NCBI GenBank assembly: GCA_963817895.1
Contig: CAWFQB010000006.1
Coordinates: forward strand, 288,001-352,000
Direction: 5' to 3'
DNA length: 64,000 bases
DNA from: an uncultured Chthonomonadaceae bacterium
Lineage (GTDB): Bacteria; Armatimonadota; Chthonomonadetes; Chthonomonadales; Chthonomonadaceae
A model generated the notes under the pieces. That model saw only the letters and a program-made list of their open reading frames with translations. It was not told where the DNA came from and searched no databases. Both the position numbers and the translations under genes were made by a program. This document shows positions 1-9,813 of this stretch, in pieces. Within the stretch, counting starts at the first letter, position 1. Each line of letters opens with the position of its first letter.

Positions 1-156
1 GGCAGTTTTAGGAGCGGCATGAAGGGACAGGGGAGCCGCCGTCTTCGTGTTTTGAAGGGTGGCAGTTGTCACGTCTTCGTTTTTGCTACAGCCCGTCAGC
101 AGGGGCAGGGTGGCGGAAAGAGCAAGGGCGGCGCAGGCAGCGCGTTTAGCGTTCAT
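1..156 (-). CDS. Lipoprotein, 5' part only (runs off the window)
   Basis: Manual translation MNAKRAACAALALSATLPLLTGCSKNED with lipobox LTGC and a GGAGG RBS upstream; not in the ORF track. Confidence 0.7.
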   Translation of the reverse strand, partial: MNAKRAACAALALSATLPLLTGCSKNEDVTTATLQNTKTAAPLSLHAAPKTA

Positions 157-306
157 AAAGCAACCTCCAACAAGAGTTGTGTCGCTATCCGGTATAATTT
201 AGGACGGCGGCAGGTGATGTGTTGTTGTTTTGTTACGGTTGCGCCCCGGAAGGTTCAGGCGTTTGAAAAATAGTTTGTATCGACTCTGAAAGAGTGTAAG
301 CAGAGC

Positions 307-735
307 ATGAAAAGAGAGTGCCGCTATGGGGTGTTGAAGTCATCGTGGGGAGTATTTGTGCGCCTGACAGCAGAAGCAATCCCATTGTCAGAGTTCGAGC
401 GAGAAACAATCTCTCTTACGCCTGACATACATTACCATGCGGAGAGAATTTCTCATGAGGAGCGTGAGGCTGTCGAGAAGGGCTTGCTGCTCATCGCGGC
501 AAGCATACGCGCCACGATTTCAGCGCCCATTATGATCTGCCTTGTTGACATAGATTACAATCCATGTGATTACCAGCCGGAAGGAATTACCTGCGCAATG
601 ATGGAATGGTCTGCTCAAGAGTTCGGCTTCACGCCACCGACAATTCCTGTCTTCTATGATAAGGCAAGCAATTGCTACCATTTCAACTTTGAAGAAGCGA
701 AGCAGGCCGGGAACGCAGGTGGGAAATTTGAATGA
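307..735 (+). CDS. Hypothetical protein, possible orphan immunity protein
   Basis: 142 aa ORF, visibly AT-richer than neighbours; ATGA overlap with the next gene; Rhs remnant downstream. Confidence 0.6.
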   Translation: MKRECRYGVLKSSWGVFVRLTAEAIPLSEFERETISLTPDIHYHAERISHEEREAVEKGLLLIAASIRATISAPIMICLVDIDYNPCDYQPEGITCAMMEWSAQEFGFTPPTIPVFYDKASNCYHFNFEEAKQAGNAGGKFE

Positions 736-1100
736 AGCAAGGTTACTACATTGTCGTTCCAAATTTTGTGTCGTACATGTACCCGGATTATGATGTGGTA
801 TGCAGATGCTTATCGTGGCTCATTAAGAACTTTGAGCCAATCCTTAATTTGTGTGAGCAGGACTTTATGTTCAGTGTCATTCCTATCTGCTATATGGGCT
901 GCTACCCCGGTATTGGTTTTAATACCGAACAACCGCAGCAAAATGCCTCTGACCTCACTATATTGTCATTCGGTCTTGAAAGAGCCATCAACGCCTTCCT
1001 TTCTAAAGACGCATTGACGAGAATTGTAGAAGCCTCGAAAGACGGTCCGATTACCTGGCAAGAAGTATGTAGACAGCACAACATAGACCCTGATAATTGA
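732..1100 (+). CDS. Hypothetical protein, possible orphan immunity protein
   Basis: 122 aa AT-rich ORF translationally coupled to 307..735. Confidence 0.6.
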   Translation: MKQGYYIVVPNFVSYMYPDYDVVCRCLSWLIKNFEPILNLCEQDFMFSVIPICYMGCYPGIGFNTEQPQQNASDLTILSFGLERAINAFLSKDALTRIVEASKDGPITWQEVCRQHNIDPDN

Positions 1101-1105
1101 TGTAA

Positions 1106-1204
1106 GTGGGAACGGGAAGGTTCGTCAACCGCGACCCGATAGGACAGGCGGGCGGCCTGAACGTGTACGCCTACTGCCAGAACAATCCCGTCAACCACTT
1201 CTAA
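1106..1204 (+). pseudogene. RHS repeat-associated core fragment
   Basis: Translates to VGTGRFVNRDPIGQAGGLNVYAYCQNNPVNHF*, matching the Rhs core motif GRFxxxDPIGxxGGxNxYxYxxNNPVN and stopping just before DPxG. Confidence 0.85.
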
Positions 1205-1257
1205 ATGCGAAGATTCTCCCTGCTATGAAGAAGAAAACTTAAAAACGTAGAAAAGGT

Positions 1258-1287
1258 TTGACCGGAATTTGCCGTGTAGTGTATAAT
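1258..1287 (+). promoter_or_regulatory. sigma70-type promoter
   Basis: TTGACC-N18-TATAAT upstream of the CDS at 1546. Confidence 0.55.
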
Positions 1288-1392
1288 GACTACACCTTAC
1301 ACTTTATATGCGCTTGCTTCGCCTTCCTTACCTATGGATTCCTGCCTCTCAGGTGGCGCGCATTGTGTCAGGCACGTACAAGTTTACAAATG

Positions 1393-1526
1393 AGGGATTA
1401 GATATTAGGCATCAGGCATTAGAGGCTGAAACTAAGATTCGCAGACGTTTGCCAATCACGCGCGACGCGCGATAAACAATCACAACCAAATACCCCCTAA
1501 TGCCTGATGCCTAATATCTAATCCCT
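1393..1526. repeat. Perfect 30 bp inverted repeat made of heptamer units
   Basis: AGGGATT-AGATATT-AGGCATC-AGGCATT-AG at 1393-1422 and its reverse complement at 1497-1526. Confidence 0.9.
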
Positions 1527-1545
1527 ACTTCAAGGAGACCACCGC

Positions 1546-4500
1546 ATGAGTTTTGACGAACTCCCGTCGGACGCGCCTTTGCCCGCTTCACCAGCCGGCG
1601 AGAACGCCGCATCCGACCGGGAAGCGTCGGACAGGGATGCGCCGCCTTCCGCGCCCGCGCGCCGTCGCCGCGCGCCACGGACAGGGGCAGACGCAGCATC
1701 CCCCGAACCTGACACGACCAACGAACCCGCCGCGCGCGCAACCCGCCGCAGCCGACAACCCGCCGAAGAGGGGATAACAGAAGGGAAAAGGGAAAAGGGA
1801 AAAGGGAAAAGGGAAGAATCAAAGGCGGAAGACAGCCAACCGTCAGGCGAAAATACGAATGTCAATCCTGCGTCAACATCCCGGCGTCGGGCGGCAAAGC
1901 CTGCGCCGGTGAATGGCGTTGCCGATGCCGCGCCTGTTCTTCCAGCCGAGAGTGAGACAGCAAAGACGGATGCGCCTGCGCCCGCTTCACGCCGCCGTTC
2001 GCGGCGCAAGGATGGGGAACCTGCTGTTGTCGCAACGCCGGAATCTGCCCCTGTCGCAGAAGCCGCGCCGGAAACTGAAAACGCTTCCGCTGCTCCCGCC
2101 GATATTACGGACGACGCGCCTTCCGCGCCACCTGCCCGAACATCACGCCGGACTCGCGCCAGCGCGGGAGAGCAGGGGGCAGAAGAGGAAAAAGGGAAAA
2201 GGGAAAAGGGAAAAGGGAAGAGAAGACAGCAGACGCGCAGCCAGAAATCGAAAATCGAAAATCGAAAATCGAAAATCCCACACCGGGGCGGACGCGACGC
2301 AGGCGGGGCGGGGATGCGGATACTGCCGCGCCGAATGGTGAGGTTGTTTCTGCGCCCGACCTTGTGGCGGAGGTGGGCGGGGAACAGAACGGTACGGCCC
2401 CGGACGCGCTTTTGATTGATGTAGAGGGCGATCAAATAGTAACGTCTGCCGCCGACGCGCCGGATACGACAGCGCAGGCAGAGGATAGCGCGGCGGATTT
2501 GCAGGCGGCGCTGCCCGGAACTGTGGAAACCGAAGAGGAAGCGGACGATGCGGAAGTAGGCGAGGTCAGTGGCGACACAGCGGAAACGCGTAGCCGCAAA
2601 CGCCGCAATCGCCGCAACAACAAAGGACGCCGCGAACCCCGGAACGGAGAAGCGCAGGATACGCCCGCGCCGATTGCGAACGCGGCAGTGGCCGAACCCG
2701 AGACGGTTGCGGCTGACAGTTCCCGTAGCGGTTCCCGTTGTTGTGGAGGAGGAGGCGGAACCCATTGATTTGAGCGTGGGTACGCATCTGGTTGTACGTA
2801 ACGGCCTGCCGCGAATTCATATCAATGGCGCTCCGGTTCCGCCCGTGCTGTTTTTCGGCAACATGGAGGGCGCGAAGAACGCGCAGCGCGTCCTTTCGGA
2901 AGTGCGCCGCGCCGCCAAAGCGGGCGTACACCTGCATTCCACCCTCATCGAACTGCCCTGCCCGCTGACCGAAGCGCACTACGTTCTGGACGAGATAGAC
3001 GTTCGGCTTCGCGCCCTGCTGGATGCCGACCCGGACGGGTTTGTGATGCCGCGCCTCGTGTTTGTGCCTGCGCGTGGCTGGAAGCGCGAGTACGCGAGCG
3101 AAATCAGCGTGTATAACGACGGCACGAACGGCGACCCATCCCTGACAAGCGAACGGTTCTGGCAGGAGTGCGAACGCGCCCTGCACATGCTCATTGAACA
3201 TCTTCAGGGGCAGACATACGGCGAGCGCGTGTTCGCGTACCATCTGGAGCGAGGCGAATGGTTTCAGCCCGCCGATCAGGGGTATGACCGAAGCACGGCG
3301 AATCGCGACGCCTTCCGCGACTGGCTGCGCGAGAAATACCAGAACAGCCTGATTCTGCTTCGCGCCGCCTGGTACAATGGCGATGTGCAGTTCCACACCG
3401 CCGAGATTCCGCCCGATCTGGGCAAGCCCAATCCGCAACGCGCCTTTTACGAAACCCGGCGCGAACGCGGCATCATTGACTTCAACGAGTTCACGTCCGA
3501 AACAACGGCCAACCGGCTGGCGCAATTGGCGCGGACGGTGAAAAAAGCCTGCCACAACAATGCGCTTGTGTCCGTCTGCTACGGGTATACGCTGGAATTC
3601 GGACACGGATTCAGCGGGCATCTCGCCCTGAATCGCCTGCTTGCCAGTCCGCACGTAGATTTGATCTCCGGCCCGCCCTCCTATCTCGACCGCAAGCCGA
3701 CAGGGGCGGCTTCCCTTCCGGCTCCCGTCGACTCGCTGCGGCTGCACGGCAAACTATGGTTGTCCGAAGACGACACCAAAACCTATCTCGCGCCCGCGCA
3801 GCAGGACGCGGACGACTTTAACCCGCGCCTTGCGGACCGTTTCTCGACCGAGCAGGCGCAGGCGCGAGCCATAGGCCGCGCGCTTGCCACCAATACCGGC
3901 GTCGGCTGGATGGATTTATGGGGCGAAGGCTGGCTTGACGACGAGGGGTTCTGGGAGCGTATCGGCGGCTTTGCCAACCGCATGGCGCAGCAGGACAGGG
4001 CGACAACCGCAACCACAAGCCCCGATGTGGTTGTTCTCATAGATGAAAAAAGCCTGCTGCATGTTCAAAAGGGCGAACCGTTCTTCCGCAAGTTGACAAA
4101 CGGCCTGCGCGATATTTTGCAGCGGACGGGCATCAACTACGGACTATATCTGCAAAGCGATCTGCTGGACCCGGCTTTCCCCACGGATGCGCGTATGTAT
4201 CTGTTCCTCACGCCCTTTCGCCTGCCCGTCGAACAGCGGACGGCGATTCGCGAGAAATTACAGCGCGACAACAAAACGCTCGTCTGGCTGTACGCGCCGG
4301 GAGCCTGCGAGGAGCGGCCTTCGGGCGGAACCGGCATGGAGGATGTCGCAACCGCAACGGTCGGCCTTATTTTGCGGCAGCAGGCGTGGAATTCGGAAGT
4401 GGGTTCGCGCATTCTCGATCCCAACCATCTGCTGACGGAGCGGCTTGGCGGGCGCGACATCGGGGCGCGGGAACGGCTCAATCCGTCCTATTACGTGGAC

Positions 4501-5601
4501 GATCCGGGCGCGACGGTGGTTGCCGAGTATCACGCTTCGGGATTGCCGTCCATTGCCGCGCGCTCGTTCGGCAACTGGAAATCCGTGTTCGTGGGCGATC
4601 CCATTTTGCCGCTCGAACTGCTGCGCGGAATCTGCCGTTATGCGGGCGTTCCTGTCTATGTCACGGGCGGCGAGGATGTTGTTTCCATTGGCAACGGCTG
4701 GATAACCGTTCATGCCAGCCGGGACGGACAGCGAACCTTGCGCCTGCCGACCTCGCAATCCATCTATGACCTGCACGAGGGGCGAATCGTTGCCGAAAAC
4801 ACGCGCGACTATCGCTACTTTCTGCGCATGGGCATGACACGGACGTTTTGCATAGGGACGCGCGAACGCTTTGCCGCGCTTGGTCTGCCCAACCTCGAAA
4901 GCCCCGCGCGCGCCCGTCCCAACAATGAACGCCCGGAGCGAACCGAACGCGGGGAGCGTGGCGAGCGCGTTGAGCGCGCGGATACCGACATTGCGGAAAC
5001 GGTAAACAGCAGGGACAAGGCTGCGCAACAGGAACCGACCTCGGGCAACGGCAGAAATCTGCCTTTTGCCCGCATCTACCCGGCTCCTGAAGCAGCGGGA
5101 CGGGAAAATGCCCGCGAAATCGTGGAAACGCCGCCCGCGCCTGCCCCTGTTTTCAGCACGATAAAACCCAGCCTGACACCGGTAGAACCGCTTGGCAATC
5201 GCGCCGAACCGGATTTGCCCGCGCCGCAGGAGGAACCCCATCTGCTCCCGCCGCCCGAAGATGAAGACGACCTGCCCTCCTTTGAGCCGTTTCCCGCTCC
5301 CCGGACAGAGCCGCGTTCATCCGGGCTGACTTCAGCGCCTCCTTCCCTGCGGGATGATCTGGCGACGCTGAAGGCCGTTCTGGAGATGGAGATGCCCGAA
5401 CTGGAGGGCGATGACTCGCCTGCGCCGATGGCTCCCACGCTGTCGCTTCCCCGTGAGGGACTGCCGGGACTGGAAGCCGTACTCGGCCCGGACCTGCTCG
5501 CTAATCGCCGCCGCCGTCGCCGGGGCGGACGAGGACGCGGCCGCAAAGCGAATGGCGAGCTGGATACGGATACAGATGAGGATGGAACTGAAGAAAATTA
5601 G
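1546..5601 (+). CDS. GH42/beta-galactosidase-like protein with long disordered Arg/Pro/Glu-rich termini (2 frameshifts, about 2200 and 2717)
   Basis: GGAG RBS before 1546; ORFs 1546..2415, 2364..2768 and 2569..5601 join; motifs GEWF, DYD-like YDRS...AFRDWLREKY, SEDDT and a trimerisation-like domain; no signal peptide. Confidence 0.7.
1782..1815 (+). repeat. AGGGAAA heptamer tandem array inside the CDS
   Basis: About 5 units, encoding GKREKGKGKRE. Confidence 0.85.
2186..2277 (+). repeat. AGGGAAA array followed by an AAAATCG array inside the CDS
   Basis: AGGGAAA units at 2186-2219 and AAAATCG units at 2245-2277. Confidence 0.85.
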
Positions 5602-5755
5602 ACAGGATTAACAGGATTTTCAGGATTAACAGGATTGAAAATGATGGAGTAGTCTTCGGAAACCTACTCCATCAGGTTCAGCAAAAGAATCCCATTCGCC
5701 AATGTTTCTCGAAAATAATCCTGTTTAATCCTGAAAATCCTGTTAATCCTGTCTA
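5599..5755. repeat. About 38 bp inverted repeat of CAGGATTAA-type nonamers with an inner hairpin
   Basis: TAGACAGGATTAACAGGATTTTCAGGATTAA and its reverse complement at 5717-5755; inner stem TGATGGAGTAG/CTACTCCATCA. Confidence 0.9.
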
Positions 5756-6000
5756 TGAATGAGAAATTTATTATGGCAAGGCAGACACCGGGCAGCAAGC
5801 AGATGATCGCGTTTAAGATCGGGGCGCGGGCGCGTAAATTCGCGGTCGAGGGCTGCCCGATTGAGGGCTACGATTATCTGTACGGCTGCCTTGCCGACGC
5901 TAAAAAACGCGACGCGGAGTTGTACGCGCTGCTGCAAGCCGAGTCGGAGAAATTCGACCGGCGCATGGCCGCGCTGGATGCGGAAGAGGATGGGGAATAA
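5755..6000 (+). CDS. Hypothetical protein
   Basis: 81 aa ORF with typical codon usage (start may be 5773). Confidence 0.6.
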   Translation: MNEKFIMARQTPGSKQMIAFKIGARARKFAVEGCPIEGYDYLYGCLADAKKRDAELYALLQAESEKFDRRMAALDAEEDGE

Positions 6001-6053
6001 AATCGGTGTGTGGCGCGTAGAATGGTTTATCATGAATTGTAAGGAGAGAAGGG

Positions 6054-6953
6054 ATGCGTATTAGCCCCGGTGTCGCCCGAAGCGCGATTCTGCTCGCGTT
6101 GGTAACGGGAATTGCCTTACCCGCCGTTCGCGCCGATGCGCGACTGCACAGTGTCACATCCGCGCGGCAGACTCCCGAAGAGACGGCTTCGGGTACGGAA
6201 AACGCCACTATCAAGCCGGAAGTCGCCGCTCTGTTGAAAACGTCTACGGCTGTCTACGCGGCCATGAAATCGTATCGGCACAACTCTGAATACTTCAGCA
6301 AAACGCAGGACGCCGATAACGAAGTCCATAAAACCATCGTGTTCACCCTTGCGCTGGAACGCCCGAACAAATTCTGCTACAAGGCCGATGTGCCTGCGTT
6401 CGGCGCGGCGATTTGCGACGGCAAAACGTTCCTCAACTACCACCTTGATGGCGCTATAAGTGAGCGCGAACACACGTATTATACGAAAACCACCGCGCCT
6501 GTGAATTACAAGGGCATCAACATCGTGGATGATGTCACGTTTACGCACGGCAGTTACATGATCGCGTTGATGCTGCAAGGCAATGTGATGGCGGATAAGG
6601 ACGTGGAAGCGGGGCTGAAAAAAGCCACGCTCCACGCGAATGTAGAAGAAAACGGCAAAAAGTACGATGTGTTGAGCGTTCCGTTTCCGGGGCATATCGG
6701 GCCGGAATTCAAAACTCACAGTCTGCATTTCTATTTTGATACCGCTACGCATCTGCTGCATAAGGCGGTTGAGGACGTGCCTGCCGAGGAGAGCGATACC
6801 CACGCGCCCTACAAAATGCTGGAGATTATCGAGAACGTGCTGATTGACAAGCCAATGCCGCCCAATACTTTCGAGTACAAACTACCCAAAAATGCCCGTC
6901 AGGTAGTAGGGCTGCCGGTAAACGCTTCCCATTCCATCGCGGCGGGGCGTTAG
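6054..6953 (+). CDS. Secreted DUF2092/LolA-like protein
   Basis: Signal peptide; FTLALERPNKF and DGKTFLNY motifs; C-terminal FEYKLPKNA typical of LolA-fold proteins. Confidence 0.7.
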   Translation: MRISPGVARSAILLALVTGIALPAVRADARLHSVTSARQTPEETASGTENATIKPEVAALLKTSTAVYAAMKSYRHNSEYFSKTQDADNEVHKTIVFTLALERPNKFCYKADVPAFGAAICDGKTFLNYHLDGAISEREHTYYTKTTAPVNYKGINIVDDVTFTHGSYMIALMLQGNVMADKDVEAGLKKATLHANVEENGKKYDVLSVPFPGHIGPEFKTHSLHFYFDTATHLLHKAVEDVPAEESDTHAPYKMLEIIENVLIDKPMPPNTFEYKLPKNARQVVGLPVNASHSIAAGR

Positions 6954-6969
6954 CAGTGTGGAGAATACT

Positions 6970-7776
6970 ATGCGAATGAAATTTGCGTTTACGGCAGGTA
7001 TGCTGCTGGCATCAACTGCGCTTGCGGGAAGTTTTGCCAGTCGTATCAGCTTCGCGCAGGACGCTCCCCCCGCGCAAACCACCGCGCCCGCCAAACCGGA
7101 TGACAAACTCAAAATGGACGCGGAAGTGGCGGCTTTCTATAAGCAGATAACCGCCGCGTATCAGAATGTGAAGTCGTACCAGCATCTTGCCGTGTATACG
7201 CGGCAGAGGGCGACGCCGCAAGGCGACGAAAAGCTGGTACAGAAATTCACCCTCGCGCTGGAACGCCCCAACAAGTTTATCTTCAAAGCGGATAAGAGCG
7301 GCCTTGCCGCCGTTGCCAGTGACGGCAAGACCCTCCTCAACTATCGGCAGGGCGAAACCACGAGCGAGTACACCAAATCCGACGCTCCCGCGACAATCAA
7401 AGGCATCCGTCTGGTCGAAGACGTTCTTTTTGAGCCGCAGGCAACGTATCTGATCGCGCTTGCCCTACAGGGAGATGTTCTGGCCGACAAGGATATGGAT
7501 ACGATTCTCGCGCAGGCGAAAATGGGAGCGAAAACGCAGGAGAACGGCAAAGCGTGTCAAACCGTCGTCATTACCAACCCCAACGCGATTATGACCATTT
7601 ACGCGGATGCCGCCACGCGCCGGATCGTCAAAATCACGCAAAAGGCGACGCAAGTGGATGCTTCCGTGACGGAAGAGATTCAGGACGCGCAAATCAACAA
7701 GCCGGTAGACGCCGCTGTGTTCAAGTACACCCCTCCTGCTGAGGCAAAACTTGTCACCAAACTCACCGCCCCTTAA
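6970..7776 (+). CDS. Secreted DUF2092/LolA-like protein (tandem paralog)
   Basis: Signal peptide; FTLALERPNKF, SDGKTLLNY, FKYTPPAEAK. Confidence 0.7.
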   Translation: MRMKFAFTAGMLLASTALAGSFASRISFAQDAPPAQTTAPAKPDDKLKMDAEVAAFYKQITAAYQNVKSYQHLAVYTRQRATPQGDEKLVQKFTLALERPNKFIFKADKSGLAAVASDGKTLLNYRQGETTSEYTKSDAPATIKGIRLVEDVLFEPQATYLIALALQGDVLADKDMDTILAQAKMGAKTQENGKACQTVVITNPNAIMTIYADAATRRIVKITQKATQVDASVTEEIQDAQINKPVDAAVFKYTPPAEAKLVTKLTAP

Positions 7777-7814
7777 CCGGTGAACCAACAAAATAATCGC
7801 AACTCTGAGCGACA

Positions 7815-7858
7815 AAAAACTACCCGATGCCATGTAAAACAGGCGTCGGGCAGTTTTA
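7815..7858. terminator. Bidirectional intrinsic terminator
   Basis: AAAACTACCCGATGCC...GGCGTCGGGCAGTTTT hairpin between convergent genes. Confidence 0.65.
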
Positions 7859-7895
7859 GTTGTTGCCGTCTTTTATTTTACCGTGTTGTTTTCCG

Positions 7896-9284
7896 TTACT
7901 CGTGATGCAGGCGCGCGTGAGCAAGCTGCCATTGCTGCCGAACGGCATTGGGGGCGGTTCCGCCCTGTGAGCAGCGGACGGCCACGCTCGATTCAACCGT
8001 CAGCGCGGCAAGGGCATCTCCGGCGTTGGATTGCAGCAGGGGGGAGAAGCGGGCAAGGGCGGGCGCGTCCAACTGTTCCAGCGTGGTGTTATGCGATGTG
8101 CAGTAGCGCACCACTTCGCCGACAATATCGTGCGCGTCCCGAAACGGCAGACCCTGCCGTACCAGATAATCGGCCAAATCCGTTGCCGTCGAGAAATCGC
8201 CCTGCGTCGCCTGCCGCATCCGTTCGGTACGGAACTTCGCGGTTGCCAGTGTCTTCCGCATGGCGGGAATGACGAGGCGCAGCGTGTCAATGCCGTCGAA
8301 AAGCGGTTCTTTATCCTCCTGCATGTCCTTGTTGTAGGCGAGAGGCAGGCCCTTCATCAGCGTCAGCAGGGCCAGCAAATCGCCGTACACGCGCCCGGTC
8401 TTGCCCCGCGCCAGTTCTGCTACATCCGGGTTCTTCTTTTGCGGCATGATGCTGCTGCCTGTTGTCACGGCATCGTCGAGGGTGACAAAGCCGAATTCCG
8501 GGCTGTTCCATAGGATAATCTCTTCCGCCAGTCGCGACAGGTGCATCATCAGGATAGACGCGAATGCCAGAAATTCAATCGCGAAATCACGATCCGAAAC
8601 CGCGTCCAGACTGTTGGGAATGACGGACGCGAAATCCAACAGGTCGGTGGTTTGTTCGCGGTCAATGGGAAACCCGGTTCCCGCTAAAGCTCCGGCTCCG
8701 AGAGGACTGCGGTTGACGCGCCCCGCCAGATCGCTCAAGCGTTCGCGGTCCCGATCCAGCATCCAGAAATAGGCCAGCAGATGATGGGCGAGAACGATGG
8801 GCTGCGCGTGCTGCAAATGGGTATAGCCGGGCAGAACCGTGTCGAAATGCCGCTCGGACAGTTCCAACAACGTTTGCTGCAAATCGCGCAGTTCGTTTTC
8901 AATTTCGCCGCACTCGCCGCGCAGATACAAGCGCACATCCGTTGCTACCTGATCGTTGCGGCTGCGAGCCGTGTGCAGTTTGCCCGCCACGCTTCCAATC
9001 CGTTCGCGTAACAAGCCCTCCACAGCCGTATGCACGTCTTCTGCGTCGGGAGGCAATTCCACGCTTCCGCTTTCCAGCGCCTCGCGCAGAGATTTCAGTC
9101 CGATTACAATCTGTTCCGCTTCCGGTTGTTCGATAATGCCCGTTTCGCCGAGCATCTGCGCGTGGGCGATACTGCCCTGTATGTCGTGCCGCCACAATCG
9201 GGCGTCAAAAATCAGTGAATTGTTCAGACGCTCGATAAGTTCATCCGTCTTGCCCTCGAAACGCCCACCCCATAGTTTCCGCAT
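7896..9284 (-). CDS. argH: Argininosuccinate lyase
   Basis: LWGGRF, HTARSRNDQ, GYTHLQHAQP, GSSIMPQKKNPD, YNKDMQEDKE. Confidence 0.98.
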   Translation of the reverse strand: MRKLWGGRFEGKTDELIERLNNSLIFDARLWRHDIQGSIAHAQMLGETGIIEQPEAEQIVIGLKSLREALESGSVELPPDAEDVHTAVEGLLRERIGSVAGKLHTARSRNDQVATDVRLYLRGECGEIENELRDLQQTLLELSERHFDTVLPGYTHLQHAQPIVLAHHLLAYFWMLDRDRERLSDLAGRVNRSPLGAGALAGTGFPIDREQTTDLLDFASVIPNSLDAVSDRDFAIEFLAFASILMMHLSRLAEEIILWNSPEFGFVTLDDAVTTGSSIMPQKKNPDVAELARGKTGRVYGDLLALLTLMKGLPLAYNKDMQEDKEPLFDGIDTLRLVIPAMRKTLATAKFRTERMRQATQGDFSTATDLADYLVRQGLPFRDAHDIVGEVVRYCTSHNTTLEQLDAPALARFSPLLQSNAGDALAALTVESSVAVRCSQGGTAPNAVRQQWQLAHARLHHE

Positions 9285-9360
9285 AGCTTGTTTGCTTTCT
9301 CGTTTCCGGTGTTGCTGTGTCCGTTATGGTTCTTGTGCCGCGTTGTAGGCGCGGGCATAA

Positions 9361-9500
9361 GAGCCTATCCCATTAGGCCGGGTACAAAGAACGTACCCGT
9401 CTGAGTGGCCTTCGGCGTAGGGACATAACTTGTTATGTCCTCATACGAACTGTTATGTCCTCCTTCGGACGCAAATGCAATCGCCTGTTGGGATAGGCTC
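9361..9500. mobile_element. MITE (GAGCCTATCCC termini, TAA duplication) with a nested GTAG-REP
   Basis: TAA|GAGCCTATCCCA...TGGGATAGGCTC|TAA; near-identical to 53549-53650 except for an insertion at about 9416-9460. Confidence 0.75.
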
Positions 9501-9813
9501 TAAGCAGGGAATATACGCGCTATTATACCGTAAGACAGGCATCCGGCTGTGCAGGCGATAGAACAAAACTCTGTCCCTCCAGCGCAGCAGAAATACGGAA
9601 CATGGAGAGGGACTAATTCCGAGAGAGGGTCTGGTTCCAAATCGCGTGAATGACAAAATAGCTGTCGGAGGCATTGTTGTTTGAAATTTTTGTGAAGGTT
9701 GGAACGCGATGCCCGACAATATAGAACAGCAAATAACGCCTGTTTGCGCCTTTACCCTCTGAATTCAGCAATACCCGCGCTTTCAGTATTCTGCACAATA
9801 TCCTTTTTCAACA

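Noticed and set aside
2566..5546. Long antisense ORFs (also 16199..17359, 21099..22007, 42448..43584)
   Set aside because: Shadows of GC-rich real genes with no recognisable motifs
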